Of a stretch of 64,000 nucleotides of DNA, positions 33,810-45,975 are shown piece after piece. The DNA is from Macrostomum lignano (taxonomy: Eukaryota). Positions within the stretch are counted from its first letter, which is position 1; every line of letters begins with the position of its first letter. The translations under genes and the position numbers were made by a program. The notes below the pieces were generated by a model that did no database searches, was not told the origin of the DNA, and saw nothing but the letters and a program-made list of their open reading frames with translations. The DNA is taken from the NCBI GenBank assembly GCA_002269645.1, contig NIVC01000539.1, positions 166,713 to 230,712 of the forward strand. Reading direction: 5' to 3'.

Positions 33810-34360
33810 CGCCTCATTACAAAAGCAACAAATCCATCACCGCCCCCGCAGTCGTGAACATCAGCAAGCGACAGTCGAACAACGCTTTGAAGTCGATGGC
33901 GGCCATGTCGGCCGGAATTTTCGGCGGCATCGCGGGCGCCCAGCACCGAAGGTCGCTCAGCGTGCTGACCAGCAATTTGGGCAGCGGCACCCCGCCGACC
34001 ACCTCCCGCCAGTCGTCAGGCCTCGACACCATCGCCGAGGACGCGGACTCGGCCCGGCCGTCCGCCGGCCAGCTCGACGAAGGCGTCGCTTTAGCTGACG
34101 ACGACGGGTTAACGACGAATTCGAATGAAGATTCGGAGCCTCCGTCGTTTCTGCTGAACGGGCAGCCCAGTCAGCAGCAGCAGAACGATGAAGCCGTCAC
34201 CCCCGACCCTCAGGAGCAGCCGCCGAAGCCTCCGAGGCCACAGCGACCCCGCCGGTTGCAGCCGACATCCCCGGTAGCGAGCAGAGGGAATCGGCTGGAC
34301 GCGGATGATGACGCAGCAGCTCAGGAGGAGAACCCGTGGGAGCTCAGGGTGAGAACCTGA
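33810..34360 (+). CDS. Terminal coding exon of an unidentified host gene (low-complexity, likely disordered C-terminus ...HRRSLSVLTSNL...EENPWELRVRT*)
   Basis: Acceptor TTGCTGTTTTGTACAACTTCAG| at 33808-33809 (phase 1); GC-rich, GC3-biased open frame to TGA 34358-34360; abrupt switch to AT-rich DNA afterwards; AATAAA at 34465. No protein family recognised. Confidence 0.7.
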
Positions 34361-34464
34361 GCAGTCAATCAAGCATCTTGCTATTCAATTTACGGACTTT
34401 TAACTTGCTTTATTTCTTAGCGCATTGTACTTTATTTGCCGTCAATGGCTTCTTAAAACAAATC

Positions 34465-34470
34465 AATAAA
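34465..34470 (+). terminator. Polyadenylation signal (AATAAA) for the 33810-34360 exon
   Basis: AATAAA ~105 nt after the stop codon in an AT-rich 3' UTR. Confidence 0.5.
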
Positions 34471-34523
34471 TCGAAAGTACTTAGTCTAGTCAGGGACCAT
34501 AAAAAGTACATGCTTGCTAGGAC

Positions 34524-34555
34524 CATGGACAACTAGACTACTCTAGTTGTCCATG
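34524..34555. mobile_element. 32-bp palindromic micro-transposon, P-superfamily-like ends
   Basis: CATGGACAACTAGA-CTAC-TCTAGTTGTCCATG perfect inverted repeat; flanks GCTAGGAC (34516-34523) and GCTAGGAA (34556-34563), 7/8 identical. Alternative reading: a 34-bp element with a perfect 6-bp TSD CTAGGA. Confidence 0.6.
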
Positions 34556-35974
34556 GCTAGGAATTTAACGAGACCTCCTAACGAGGAACTTTGTTAATGA
34601 AGATTTAAAAAATTAAGATATTAAACGAGAAATTATGACCATCAAAACTTCTAAGAAACGAAAGAAAACTGAGTACCGTTTTAACTGGACGGTTTTAAAA
34701 TAATGTCCGATATTTCGCATTAATCAATATGATACACATGTATAAAGATTGCTACGATTAAATGAATAATTTCCAGTCCAGTTGTTATTTATAGAGTCCA
34801 TGTCCGCAGATCGCGAAAAGTTTCTTTTTGTGTTTTCTTATAGTCTAAAGCCGCTGAGCTGAAATCACGAAAACGAGACTGTTAATATCGCTTGCTTACT
34901 TTCTGCACCATCGTCCAGGCTGGGCCAGTGACTCTGGTTGAGGAAGACTGCTTCGATTGAGTCAGCGAGTGAGTAACTAACAGGCAGGCTATAGGCAGTA
35001 TTAGCCGCAGGTGTTTGGGAATGAACCTAAGAGGCCTTAATAAGTGTAATTATCGGTACATGTATGCAGCTAGTCAGTTATTCCACAGGCACATGCTCAC
35101 ACAGGCTGTACAACTCTCGATCTGGAATTTGGCCCTCAGGGGCGAAATGCATTTTGGGCATAGCAGTCAGATATACATGTAATGCCTATGCAGCTTGATG
35201 GCCACGCCCACCTGTGTGATGCGAAAAAGAATTTCATCAGTCACGCAAATAGTTTAGTCAGTTTTGCAACAAAAAATCTCAGCAATATCAAGCTGAGCGC
35301 GTGTGTTTTTCCTTTTTATTTCTTCATCAGAGATTAACAACAATAAGACGTGATAAAAATGTTTTCACGCAACTAATTTCCTTGACTAATAATAATAAGT
35401 TTCTCTATTTTATCGATATAACACATTGTACTGCACATAAGTGACGAACTTTAGCCTGAAGATTGCAGGTTCCTCGTCTTTCTTTAACGCTCCAATGATG
35501 CAGCGAACTATCTTAAACATTGGTAGAGCAATGCAGTTCAATAGCCTGCTATCTATCGATTCATTTGACTATTTAGACAATTAAATGTTATCATTTCAAG
35601 ACAATTTTGCGACAAAACACTGTTCGCACTTTGTTTCCTACAACTTTCACCCTTCTAAATTCCTACAATTATCCAGGAGACACCTGGAGGTCAGTCGAGA
35701 CGGCAACATCAGACTCAGGAGACCTTCTGTGTTACCGAATACTTGGCAACAACTTAACAAAGTTAATCCACTGGCTACTATTCTAATTTTCTAATTTCTA
35801 TTAAAACAGCGGTTGCGACTGTGGCCATATCGATTTATTAAAATAATCGTCTGAATTTATTTAAAATATGTGCATAATGTACGAGAGGTGTTACAAAAGT
35901 TTTCTGATTTATGTTTACCGTGAACAACGAGAAAGTGCAAATGTACTAAAATCTTAGCCTTAACTGGGCAAGAC

Positions 35975-36419
35975 CACAGATACTAAATAGCTAGATGGGC
36001 TACTCAGGCATATATACTTAGTAAAACAGCTTTCTACTTTCAGTTCAGTAGCAAAGAAGAATACATAAGCTATTTTATAAAAAATAAAGGCAGCTGAGAT
36101 GACTTTGATAAGTTTAGGAGCCCACAAGCTTGCAGGTGTAAACAGCTTGCTAATTGGTTCAGCAATAATGTACATTGGCCAGTCCACTGAAATGTACATG
36201 GCAGCTTTAGGCTGGAATTCCGAGAAAGGCAATAAAAATTGGGATGCACGGAGGGGTAGTGCCGAAAGGCGCGGTTGGAGGGTTTAAGCTTTGGGGAGCC
36301 AATAAATGAGCCTTGGCTTTAAAAATACATTAAAATGCTTGTTTCACTTACTACTGAACTAAAAGTAGCTTACACGCAAATGTGCTGAGTGGCCCATCAT
36401 AGTTATTCTAGCATATGTG
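35975..36419. mobile_element. 445-bp MITE, long imperfect TIRs, 8-bp TSD (P- or hAT-type)
   Basis: Perfect direct repeat GGCAAGAC at 35967-35974 and 36420-36427; termini CACAGATACTA / rc CACATATGCTA; further inverted matches GATGGGC(T/C)ACTCAG and CTACTTT(C/T)AGTTCAGTAG(C/T)AAAG over ~120 bp. Confidence 0.75.
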
Positions 36420-38674
36420 GGCAAGACTAACTAAACATGTACATATGCTTAGTTAAGCTAAGAAAATTTCACCTCATTTTGGACATTGGATGTCATTCAC
36501 AGTAAACAGAGTTCGGAAAATTGCAACAGCACTCGTACATGTATAATTAAGGGCATTCTGCCCTAAACATAATGTATCGCTTACCAAGGACTACTATAGA
36601 TACGGGACGGGACACTTCCCGGCGGTAAAAATCTCGTCGAAATGACGTCGATATTCGCCTTTCAAAACTTGCGACAAATGAGTAGTCGTTTGAACCTTCA
36701 TTCGACGTCGAAATTTCGATATGAAATTTTTATCCTCGTTTTTGCAGAAATGATTATTAGTGATATTTAAAAAAAAATTTTTTCAACGTGATTTTCAGTG
36801 TATTGAAAGGATCAATAAGTTCAGTAAAACGGACACAATATTTTTTTGTTTCAACGCATCGCGAGATACACCTTTTTTAAATTATCGCCATGCTGAATGT
36901 CGATCTATTATTTGTCAATTGCAGACTTCCAAATTATTTTACTGCGATCCATACGTATATCTTTAACGTAAATTTTCTGTAACACACATGGAAATTCATA
37001 TTCTTTCATTGCGTTTCATTTTTTTCGCTAATTAATTAATGGGATATACAATTTATGCATTTAAAGTTCGATGTTTTATAATACTGTTGCCTATAGGACG
37101 GATAGGTTTAACCGTTTTACCCTTTTATACAGGATAAGCGAATTAATAATAAAGTAGCCATAAATTAGCAACTTTTTACGTTTTAGCACAGCTTATTGGA
37201 AATGAATAATAGTGTAATATTTAATAAACAATATATATTAACTTTTATAAATGTAATAAAAGCACAATTCTATAGCTAAAAGAATATTTAGTTATGAAAT
37301 TTTTTATGAAATTTAAGACGTAAGTATAATTTTAGCTTAAATAGTATATATAATTATCCCATTTAAACATTAATTATTTCATTATTCATTCTAATATATG
37401 TTTGTTACATTCTAAATAAAAGCATAGCCCAACCCATAGCTGCTCATGAAATAGCTAGAACAGCTATAGCATTTAAGTACCCTATCACCAGCATCTAGAG
37501 CATGAATTACTACTCATACTATAATTATCTATTTTTTTCTATGTAATGAAAACAGGATATACTATGTAACTATGCTATAAAAATTTTTATAAATGCTCTA
37601 TATGGCCCAGGAATATATAGAACATTGTATACCCCTAGTGCCATCTTTAGTTGCTGCAACATTGACGTTGTTGACAGCGCGCGCTTGGCATCAACGTTGA
37701 CATAAAAATGTTGCTGAATTGTTGCAGGAACATTGATATAGAAAAAGATTTCAAATGTGTGAATTTCTGGCAATTGAATTATTGCAACTCGTTTAGATTC
37801 GGGAGCTCCTTAAATTAAAATTGTACGGAGTTATTCATTTATGTAATTCTAATTCAGAAGAATCTGTTTCTTTAATGTATACGTAAAGATTTGTTAAATG
37901 TAGCTGCTACAGTTTTTACTAACCAACTTGATTTAATTTCTACCATCAGGCACATCGACACGGATTTCTAGCTGCAAAAAAAATCGTTGCTATTTAGGCC
38001 TACTGTTTACCTAACTTTCTATTTGACTTTTTGTTTAGCTTTTTATTTGGTTTATTGCATGTTTGCTTAGCTTTAAAGTTGGCATAAGTCGAAGGCCTAG
38101 AATACAAAAACGTAACTAAAATTAATTAGATAAAAATCTGTTGTTGCAAAGCTCTTCCTACTACACTAGCCCTTGAATTTAAACTTAAAGAACATAAAAA
38201 TATTATTGCCTAGGCCTTAGCCTGGCTACTATATTAAGTTGGGAATGCCAGTTTTTTTGTTTGCTCCTGGGATTACAACCATAGCTTTTTTTGTTTACTT
38301 GATTGTAACTTGCAAAACTACCCAAGAGATAGACAAAGATCAAGTTGAACCTGAAGTTGCAAATAATCAGGACCAGGCCCTTAGTGGTCTAGCATCTAAT
38401 ATTGTATTTTTGTCTGGGCCATCTGCTTCTGCACCTACTCTAAGTGAAGACACAGTTGTTGTAGGTAAATAATAATGCAATGAAACTCTGTTTCTAATAT
38501 ATATTTTTTATGCTTATCTAATATATAAAGTATTTTGATTATGTTATGCTTAGCCTTATTTAGGCCAAACATTTGTTAGTATAGGCCTAATACTTAAGGT
38601 TAGTTAGTATAATATGTTGCTAGGCCCTATAATATAAATATAATACAAACTCATGTTGTTGGTATAAATATGAT

Positions 38675-38702
38675 TATATATATATATATATATATATATA
38701 TA
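38675..38702. repeat. (TA)n microsatellite, ~14 units
   Basis: Read directly from the sequence. Confidence 0.9.
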
Positions 38703-40229
38703 CTAACTATTTTTAGTTCAAGTTTGCCTCAATTATATACCATTTGGTATAGTCTATTTATATATCTATATTAGGCCTATTGCTCTATATCATAAAATGT
38801 TTGTCTAAACATTCCTTTATTATAAGAAGTAAGACTAAGACTGCCAAAATAAAGATTAAAGTGTAGATTGCAAATATCAATAAGTTTTTTTGCATTTTGG
38901 ATGTAAAATAGACTTAGAAATGATTAAAGAGCAAATTTCAACTATAAATAAAAAGTGTTGCAAATCATAGATTTTTTGTATAAGATCTATAGTTCAGAAC
39001 ACTATATGTGCCCCACAAAAAAACTGTCAACATTCTTTTAATGCCAATATATACCATTTATAATACTTTACACAAAACATCTAAATTGCTAGGAATAAGT
39101 GATGGAACATGATGGGTGATTTAGATATTTAATTTAAATGAGATGAGCTAAAAACTAAAAATAACAGTTATAGTTATATTTATATAATGTTATATATATT
39201 AAAAAAACAAAAGTAAACTTTGTGCATTTTTGTTAAAAATCATGACTTTTAACTTATAAAAAACAGAATTCAGTTTTGCATTAATTTTATATCAAATTTT
39301 ATAGTAATGTATGCATGGACAACTATTGTAACAATTATTAATAACATAACTTTTCATTCTTTGTGTGTCACAAAAATATTAAACATATATGCCAAAAGCC
39401 TTAGAAAATCACTTTTTGTGTATGCCAATGTATGCTAAATTTCTTGAGTGTACCCTAGAAATTTCTGGGGTACAAGATGCCTTCTTCTGGACTATGGTAT
39501 AAGATTGTTTCATAAGAAATGTTATATTTAATAACTAGCTAATGATAGCTAAATTAATTTAAATAAAACAAAATTTATTGAAAAGTTATTTGTTGGATAT
39601 GAAGTGCTAGTCAAAATTCAAGAGACTTGAGTATCAAGCTTAAAAGTATATAATGCTGGCTATTTGTATTCAACCTAATTTGTTAATTTTTATATATGCT
39701 CCTAAAGACCCTATATTAGTTTTATTATTTATTATATTTATTAGTTTTAGTTCTACTATATTAGACCCTAAATCAAACCTTGCCTATAAAAATGTTTGCT
39801 ATGCTAAATGATGAATTTGGTGTATTTGGGATTTGTTCATAATGATAATTGTCAACTTGATTTATTTTTGCTTTTGGCAAAACTTTGAGTAAATTTTTTT
39901 ATCTATAATGCTTCTGTTTGGAGAAAATAAAGCTTGCAATGTTGTTAAACAATTATTATTTTCTTTAAAGCACAAGATGCAAGTTTTAGGAAATTTGTGG
40001 ATTGTATATTAGATTTGTAATATAAACATATTTTTTGCTATAATTTATATTATATATATGTTGCAATAAGCATATACTTATGTTGAGTACTCATTATCAA
40101 GGGTATGATCTTGATACTCTGACAGTTTCTTGCTAGGTCTTGCTCAAGGTATTGAAGGCATAGAAGGCTTCATTATGCTGGCGTAATTATGAGGCTTTCA
40201 TTTCATCCATTTCTCTATAATTTGTCTAG

Positions 40230-42566
40230 GTTTTTCCTCAACATCTGTTCATGGAGCCAGTAAGCGAACAGTCCAACGACATATTAAGAGAAGCTACGAG
40301 GAAGCTGCAGTTATGCTGCATTGCCCATGTCACACTGAAGATCCAAGTCAACAGCCAACTGAGCCTATGGCAGAGCTTGGAATTCATGCTGCTCCTGAGC
40401 CCACAGAAGAGTCTCAAATGGAACTTGAATACCAGGAGATGACTAGTGATGATGTTGGTAAGATTGAATGTATCTATTTTTTATAATAACCCCTAATTGC
40501 TTTCAACACTTTTTATTGACATCTTAGTGTGCTTGATCCTCTAAACTGAATATGAACCTTACACCATCCATTATTCATTTCTGCTTTACAAATAAATTAA
40601 CTTAAATTTTTTCTGTAACTTTGAAAGTTAAACAAAAATTTAGAGTAAAAATGTGATTTTATCAACAAGTATGTGCATAATCTTTTTAATAGTTTTTGAT
40701 AATACTCTAGCTATTTATTTCTTACATTTAGGAAACCTGACTTCTTCAACGATTGAATCAGCCCTTCATTCTGATGACAACCAATGTGCGAGACTCGAGG
40801 CCATGCTTCGAGACTGGGTTAAAGCAACAGGCCCAGAAGTGCCGTGCGTGAACTACTTGCTTCAGAATCTACAAGACGAGTTTCCTGGTCTAGCTGCTGA
40901 CTATCGTGGACTAATGACTACACCAAGGGAGCTTACTTTTCGCTATGTCAACCCAGGGCGATATTATCATTTTGGCGTTAAAGCTGGTCTTGACTTTCTC
41001 CTGAGCAATATTGGATCACGCTCTCGTCTGGATTCCTTGAACCTCCACCTTTTTGTTGATGGTGCAAAAGTGCACAATAGCACTACCTATACATTGTGGC
41101 CTGTGTTGGGTAGAGTTTCGAATTTGTCTCATTCTGTTTTTATAATCGGGCTTTACTATGGAACTGGCAAACCCCTCTCTGCTTCGGACTTTCTTGCCGA
41201 CTGTATTACTGAATTGCGTGATTTGATGGCTGATGGATTTGTCTCTACTGTCACTTCAGAGTCAGATCTCATATTACCTTTTAAACTTTCAATGATTACC
41301 TGCGATTCACCAGCACGCAGCTTTGTAAAAGGAACAAAAGCATGTTGGGGATACTTTGGTTGCGACAAGTGCACTGTTGAAGGGGACTTTTGTAATGGAA
41401 GAGTGACATTTTCTGACCTAAGTGCTGCACTACGAACTGACTTTGGCTTCAGAGGTGATGTATACCCAAATCATGTTCTTCTACCAAGCCCTTTTTTAAG
41501 TTTGCCCATCGACATGGTTCATGATTTTCCTCTGGATCCAATGCACTTAATATACGAGGGTATTGTTCCTAAATGTTTAAAATTCCTCGGTAAGGGACGC
41601 TTGCCCCATCGAGCATCTGGACCTAATATTCGTCAGATAAGTGCTGATCTGTGTTCTATTTCGTCTTGCATTCCGCATGATTTTGCACGAAAGCCACGGT
41701 CGATTGAGTGCGTGGGTCTTTGGAAGGCAACTGAGTTTAGATTGTTTATTTTGTACTTGGCGCCAATTGTTTTAGCTGGAAACGTCCCTGAATCTGTGTA
41801 TCAATTATTTCTTTCTCTGCATTCGTTTGTTTTCCTATTGTCGCATCCTTTGGTTTGTCAAACGTACTGCTCTTATGCCGAAGATTTGGCAAAGCACATT
41901 GTTAATGAATGTGCAATTATTTGGGGTGACGAGTTTATCGTGTACACTGTGCATTCAATAATTCATATTCCTTCAGAAGTTCGTCGACGTGGTCCGTTGG
42001 ATAGTTTTAGTTGCTTTTGGGGCGAAAATTTTATCCGCTTTATTACCCAGTTTGTTCGCAGTCCACGTTTTGCTCTCGAGCAGACTGTGAAGCGAATTCT
42101 GGAGAGAGATGTGACTCTCGGTTTTTTTCCTAAGCACATGTGTTCTATTCAGTCGCCTTTTGAATATTCCGGTCCAATTGCATCTTCGAATGTAGACTTC
42201 TCATTGCAAGGAGTTCAGACATTTGGTATTTACCGTAAAGTTAGTCTTGTATTGCGTGGAACGTATATATCTGTTGCTAATCCAGACTGCTATATTTTAA
42301 CTCGAGATGGATTTGCAGTTGTAGTCACTCATATAATTTCTACTGATGTCGGTTGTATTTTCGTTGGCAAGAAATTTATTCAGCAAACCGCCCTCTACGA
42401 CGAAACTTTCGACTCAATGTCTCTGCACATTTCCGTTGTCAATACTTTAAGCAACTCACTCGTAACTGTACGATGGACTGATTTCTATGGTAAAGCGATG
42501 CTTGTAAGTCTCAAAAATCGTTCCTGCATTCTCCCTATTTTACATACATTGGTCGACTGTGCGTAG
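40230..42566 (+). CDS. EnSpm/CACTA (Tnp2/TnpD-like) DDE transposase, spliced: exons 40230-40457 and 40732-42566, 5' exon(s) uncertain
   Basis: Family motifs FVDG..LWPVLG, IGLYYGTGKP, CDSPARSFVKG, GYFGCDKC, FPLDPMHL, KPRS..WKATEFR, VYTVHSIIH, GPLDSFSCFWGENF. The main exon is open with no stops. Phase-1 donor GTTG|GTAAG (40457) joins phase-1 acceptor TTTAG|GA (40732) in frame. Confidence 0.9.
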
Positions 42567-43065
42567 CTTCTACGCACATCAAGCATTTCTCTGCAAATGT
42601 TTGGAAGCAACTGAATGAACTCTCTGTCTGACTTCTTCTAGCTAGCTGCTTTCTCATTCAGCAAATGTTGGTTTCATTTTTAGCCACTCCCACTGAGTAA
42701 GCAGGTAATATTAGAAAATATAAATGTTTGTGGGAAGAACATACTATCATTTCACGCTGTCACTAATTTCATGCTTTCATATTAAATTCTTTCCAACAAT
42801 CGCATATAGACCTAGACATGATTAGGCATAGACATGCGAAATATATGACAGTCCCTTTTTAGATGGTTTTCTTTGCTTCGCAAAATGGTTTTGCTGTTTG
42901 TTAACAGATTTTTAGTGAAGGTAGGCTTCTGAAATATATGCGTTGCGTTTTCACCCATAGTACTATAAAATAATAAAGGAAAATGTGTTCCGATCCGATA
43001 GCTTTTCTAACTTTGCTTTGTTTCCCTCCAACTTTTATTTCAGCATATTCGGGCCAAGTCTATGA

Positions 43066-45975
43066 ATGAGTCTAAACGACCTGAATGCATTTGTTGTTGT
43101 TCGCTTCAATGAAACTGAAGAAATTGAAATCGTTCGTCGTTCCTGGCTTCAGGGCAGCGACAGCGTCTTGTGCCCTCCCCTGAAAAAGTTCAAGGCTTGC
43201 TTGACAAACCAGTCGAAGTCAGTCCCAGACGATAGTTGGTTGCCTTACAAAGTCGACATCATTGGATCGAGAGGTGAGTTTATGTGCTAATGCAGAATTA
43301 TTTTCAAATAGGTAGATTATATATGATATGCCTATGATTACATATGAAGCCAGTCTTAAGTGCAATTATTGTACTATTTTCTTGTATACATTAGAAAAAA
43401 GTACTTCAATGTGGCTCCTATTATCTACATCGGGGGGTTGATATTTTTTCTTGTTTAATTAGATGTGGGATGACTAAGTCCCACGTGAAAGCGAATTTTC
43501 ATAGCTAATAATAAAGGATGTAATTTTATATAGTGTACATGTACATGTGTCTATTCCCCTTCATGCAGATCAATTTCCCGCTGCTGTCAACCTGCGGAAG
43601 CGGTACGAGAGTCGGGGAGAAGTTGATTCTACTGATATAGATGCTCCACGAAGAATTCAAGTTGTCGACCACTATTACAATGAGAATTTCGACATTGAGA
43701 CTCGAAAAACCGGCCGAAAGAGAACGACAAAGAGCAAATCCTCTACACTGGGTAACAGCCGGAGTGCTGGACAGTCGTCAGCGCCACCAAAGTTTCAACC
43801 TGATGGCACGAGGCCACCTTTGACAATAAGCAGCAGTTCGAATTTGGCTTCCATCCAACATGAAGCCATCTTGGCAAGCGCAGTTCATGCTACTACATCG
43901 AGTCTGAGCCCGTTTTCACAGTCTTCTTGTGGCAGCTTCAGCACCAGCACCAATTTAGCTGCAGCTGCCGCGGCCTCTCCGATGGGGCATGGAATCCAGC
44001 ACCATCCTGCTTCTGCTGCAGCTGCCGCGGCCTCTCCGATGGGGCATGGAATCCAGCACCATCCTGCTTCTGCTGCATCTGCCGCGGCCTCTCCGATGGG
44101 GCATGGAATCCAGCACCATCCTGCTTCTGCTGCATCTGCCGCGGCCTCTCCGATGGGGCATGGAATCCAGCACCATCCTGCTTCTGCTGCATCTGCCGCG
44201 GCCTCTCCGATGGGGCATGGAATCCAGCACCATCCTGCTTCTGCTGCATCTGCCGCGGCCTCTCCGATGGGGCATGGAATCCAGCACCATCCTGCTTCTG
44301 CTGCATCTGCCGCGGCCTCTCCGATGGGGCATGGAATCCAGCACCATCCTGCTTCTGCTGCATCTGCCGCGGCCTCTCCGATGGGGCATGGAATCCAGCA
44401 CCATCCTGCTTCTGCTGCATCTGCCGCGGCCTCTCCGATGGGGCATGGAATCCAGCACCATCCTGCTTCTGCTGCAGCTGCCGCGGCCTCTGCGATTGGC
44501 GTTTACGACGCGAGCCGTGCAGACATATTGGACTTTCTAGTGACAGCCGTGCGGCGGATTGAAAGTAAGCCAGCTAAAAAAATTTCTTTCGCTACTGAGG
44601 CGCTGATATAAGAAAATTTAGAAGTTCTAATCCGAGCTCTTCATTTCCAGAATTAAGTAAAGTTACGATTTAAATTAAAATGGCGTAATGCACTATTAAA
44701 CATTCAGCTCCGCATGATTCTGAGTTTTGCTGCGATTTACACTTTTTAATTTGTACTTAACGTTTCGGAGGTTCATCTGGTTTGTATAGAGAATAATCTA
44801 TTTGAGTCACTAACTGACTATTATCCCTGACTGGCTGATACATCTTCTCGATAATTTTCTTCATTTTAGCAACCCAGCGCGCGATGCATGGTGCGATTTG
44901 TGGCCTGGCTACAGAGGTGAAAGACTTTCACCTGCAGTTTCTTGCTCTGCAGAACTCTTCGTCTCGTAGTACAGGTGCAAACTCCAGCAATGCCCAGCAC
45001 GGCCAACAGCCAACCGACAGGCCTATACTTCAAGATCTGCCATTTACCGAAGTCGATAAACTGACTGAGTGGGCCACACGACTAACAAGTGATCGAGGCT
45101 GCTTAAATGATGCAGTGAGTGCTAGTATTTTGTATGATTTTTATCATTGCACGATTTACAAAAGCGACTGGATGCCGCTTAACTGCCGCATGTATTTTAT
45201 GAGAGAATATAACACATTACAAGACATGACTATTAATGTGTAATGTCTTGTAGTTTATTAATTCAATTTCTAGTCTACCATTCGAATTCATTCCACACAT
45301 TTCAGTTTCTGTTCTTCAAGCGGCTTACCAGCAAAACTCTAATGAAGTCCGTCGCTAATATCTTATACCACATCATGGATGACAAGCTTGCTCATCAGTT
45401 CAGTCTCCGTGGTGCCAAGCGTTCTGGCGTTTCCAAGTATTGCTTTGAGTCAACTGGCCTGCTGCCTTTTATCAAAAGTAAGCAACATAATGGTGCTTAG
45501 GATTTTGTCTCTTCTATGATAAAATGTGTATTTAAGCTGCTTAGTTAAATATATATCAATTCTGTACGTCCATATCTAGATACTAATCTACTTTGGGTAA
45601 GCAAAACTAATGGGCAGTATTTACCTACTTTTAGACGTCGTGTGGAGTGTTCACAAAGACGCCAAAGGCGAGGCCATTGAATCCGCGGTGGGCGAACATC
45701 TGCGCCACTCAGGCACTCGGTTCCGCCGAAAAAGGTGCTCACAGCAGTCCGCACAGCGTCCGACTGGAGAACTTCGGAACTCGGCTGCAGGCCCAAGGAG
45801 CACTCGGCAAAGCGGAGGTGACGGCGCAGACATGAACACTGACGGCGATGCAAGTGGCGAGAGCGACAGCAGTTCTGACGACGAGGGCGCTCACGACAGC
45901 AGCGAAGATAATGACAATGGCGGCCAACGATTTGAAGTCATCAACGTTGACGGTTGTACACTTACTCAACTTTGA
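43066..45975 (+). CDS. Transposon ORF2, DUF4806/BEN-like protein, 5 exons (43066-43273, 43569-44564, 44870-45114, 45306-45477, 45635-45975), 653 aa
   Basis: All four introns are GT-AG and keep frame (phases 1,1,0,1; total 1962 nt). N-terminal FVVVRFNETEEIEIVRRSWL motif and C-terminal SVANILYHIMDDKLAHQFSLRG...IESAVGEHLRHSGTR match the DUF4806-type partner ORFs of animal EnSpm elements. Domain call is by eye. Confidence 0.8.
43958..44491 (+). repeat. In-frame 57-bp coding minisatellite, 9 copies of PASAASAAASPMGHGIQHH
   Basis: Unit CCTGCTTCTGCTGCATCTGCCGCGGCCTCTCCGATGGGGCATGGAATCCAGCACCAT, nearly identical copies, inside exon 2 of ORF2. Confidence 0.97.

Noticed and set aside
32704-34098. 464-aa ORF fusing the satellite to unique sequence
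   Set aside because: It crosses the acceptor region in a different frame from the GC3-biased exon frame and depends on single-base deletions at ~33590 and ~33697.
43927-44562. Alternative-frame and antisense repeat ORFs (Cys-rich CCICRGLSDGAWNPAPS, MQQKQDGAG...)
   Set aside because: By-products of the 57-bp unit; only the 43547 frame connects to in-frame splice sites on both sides.
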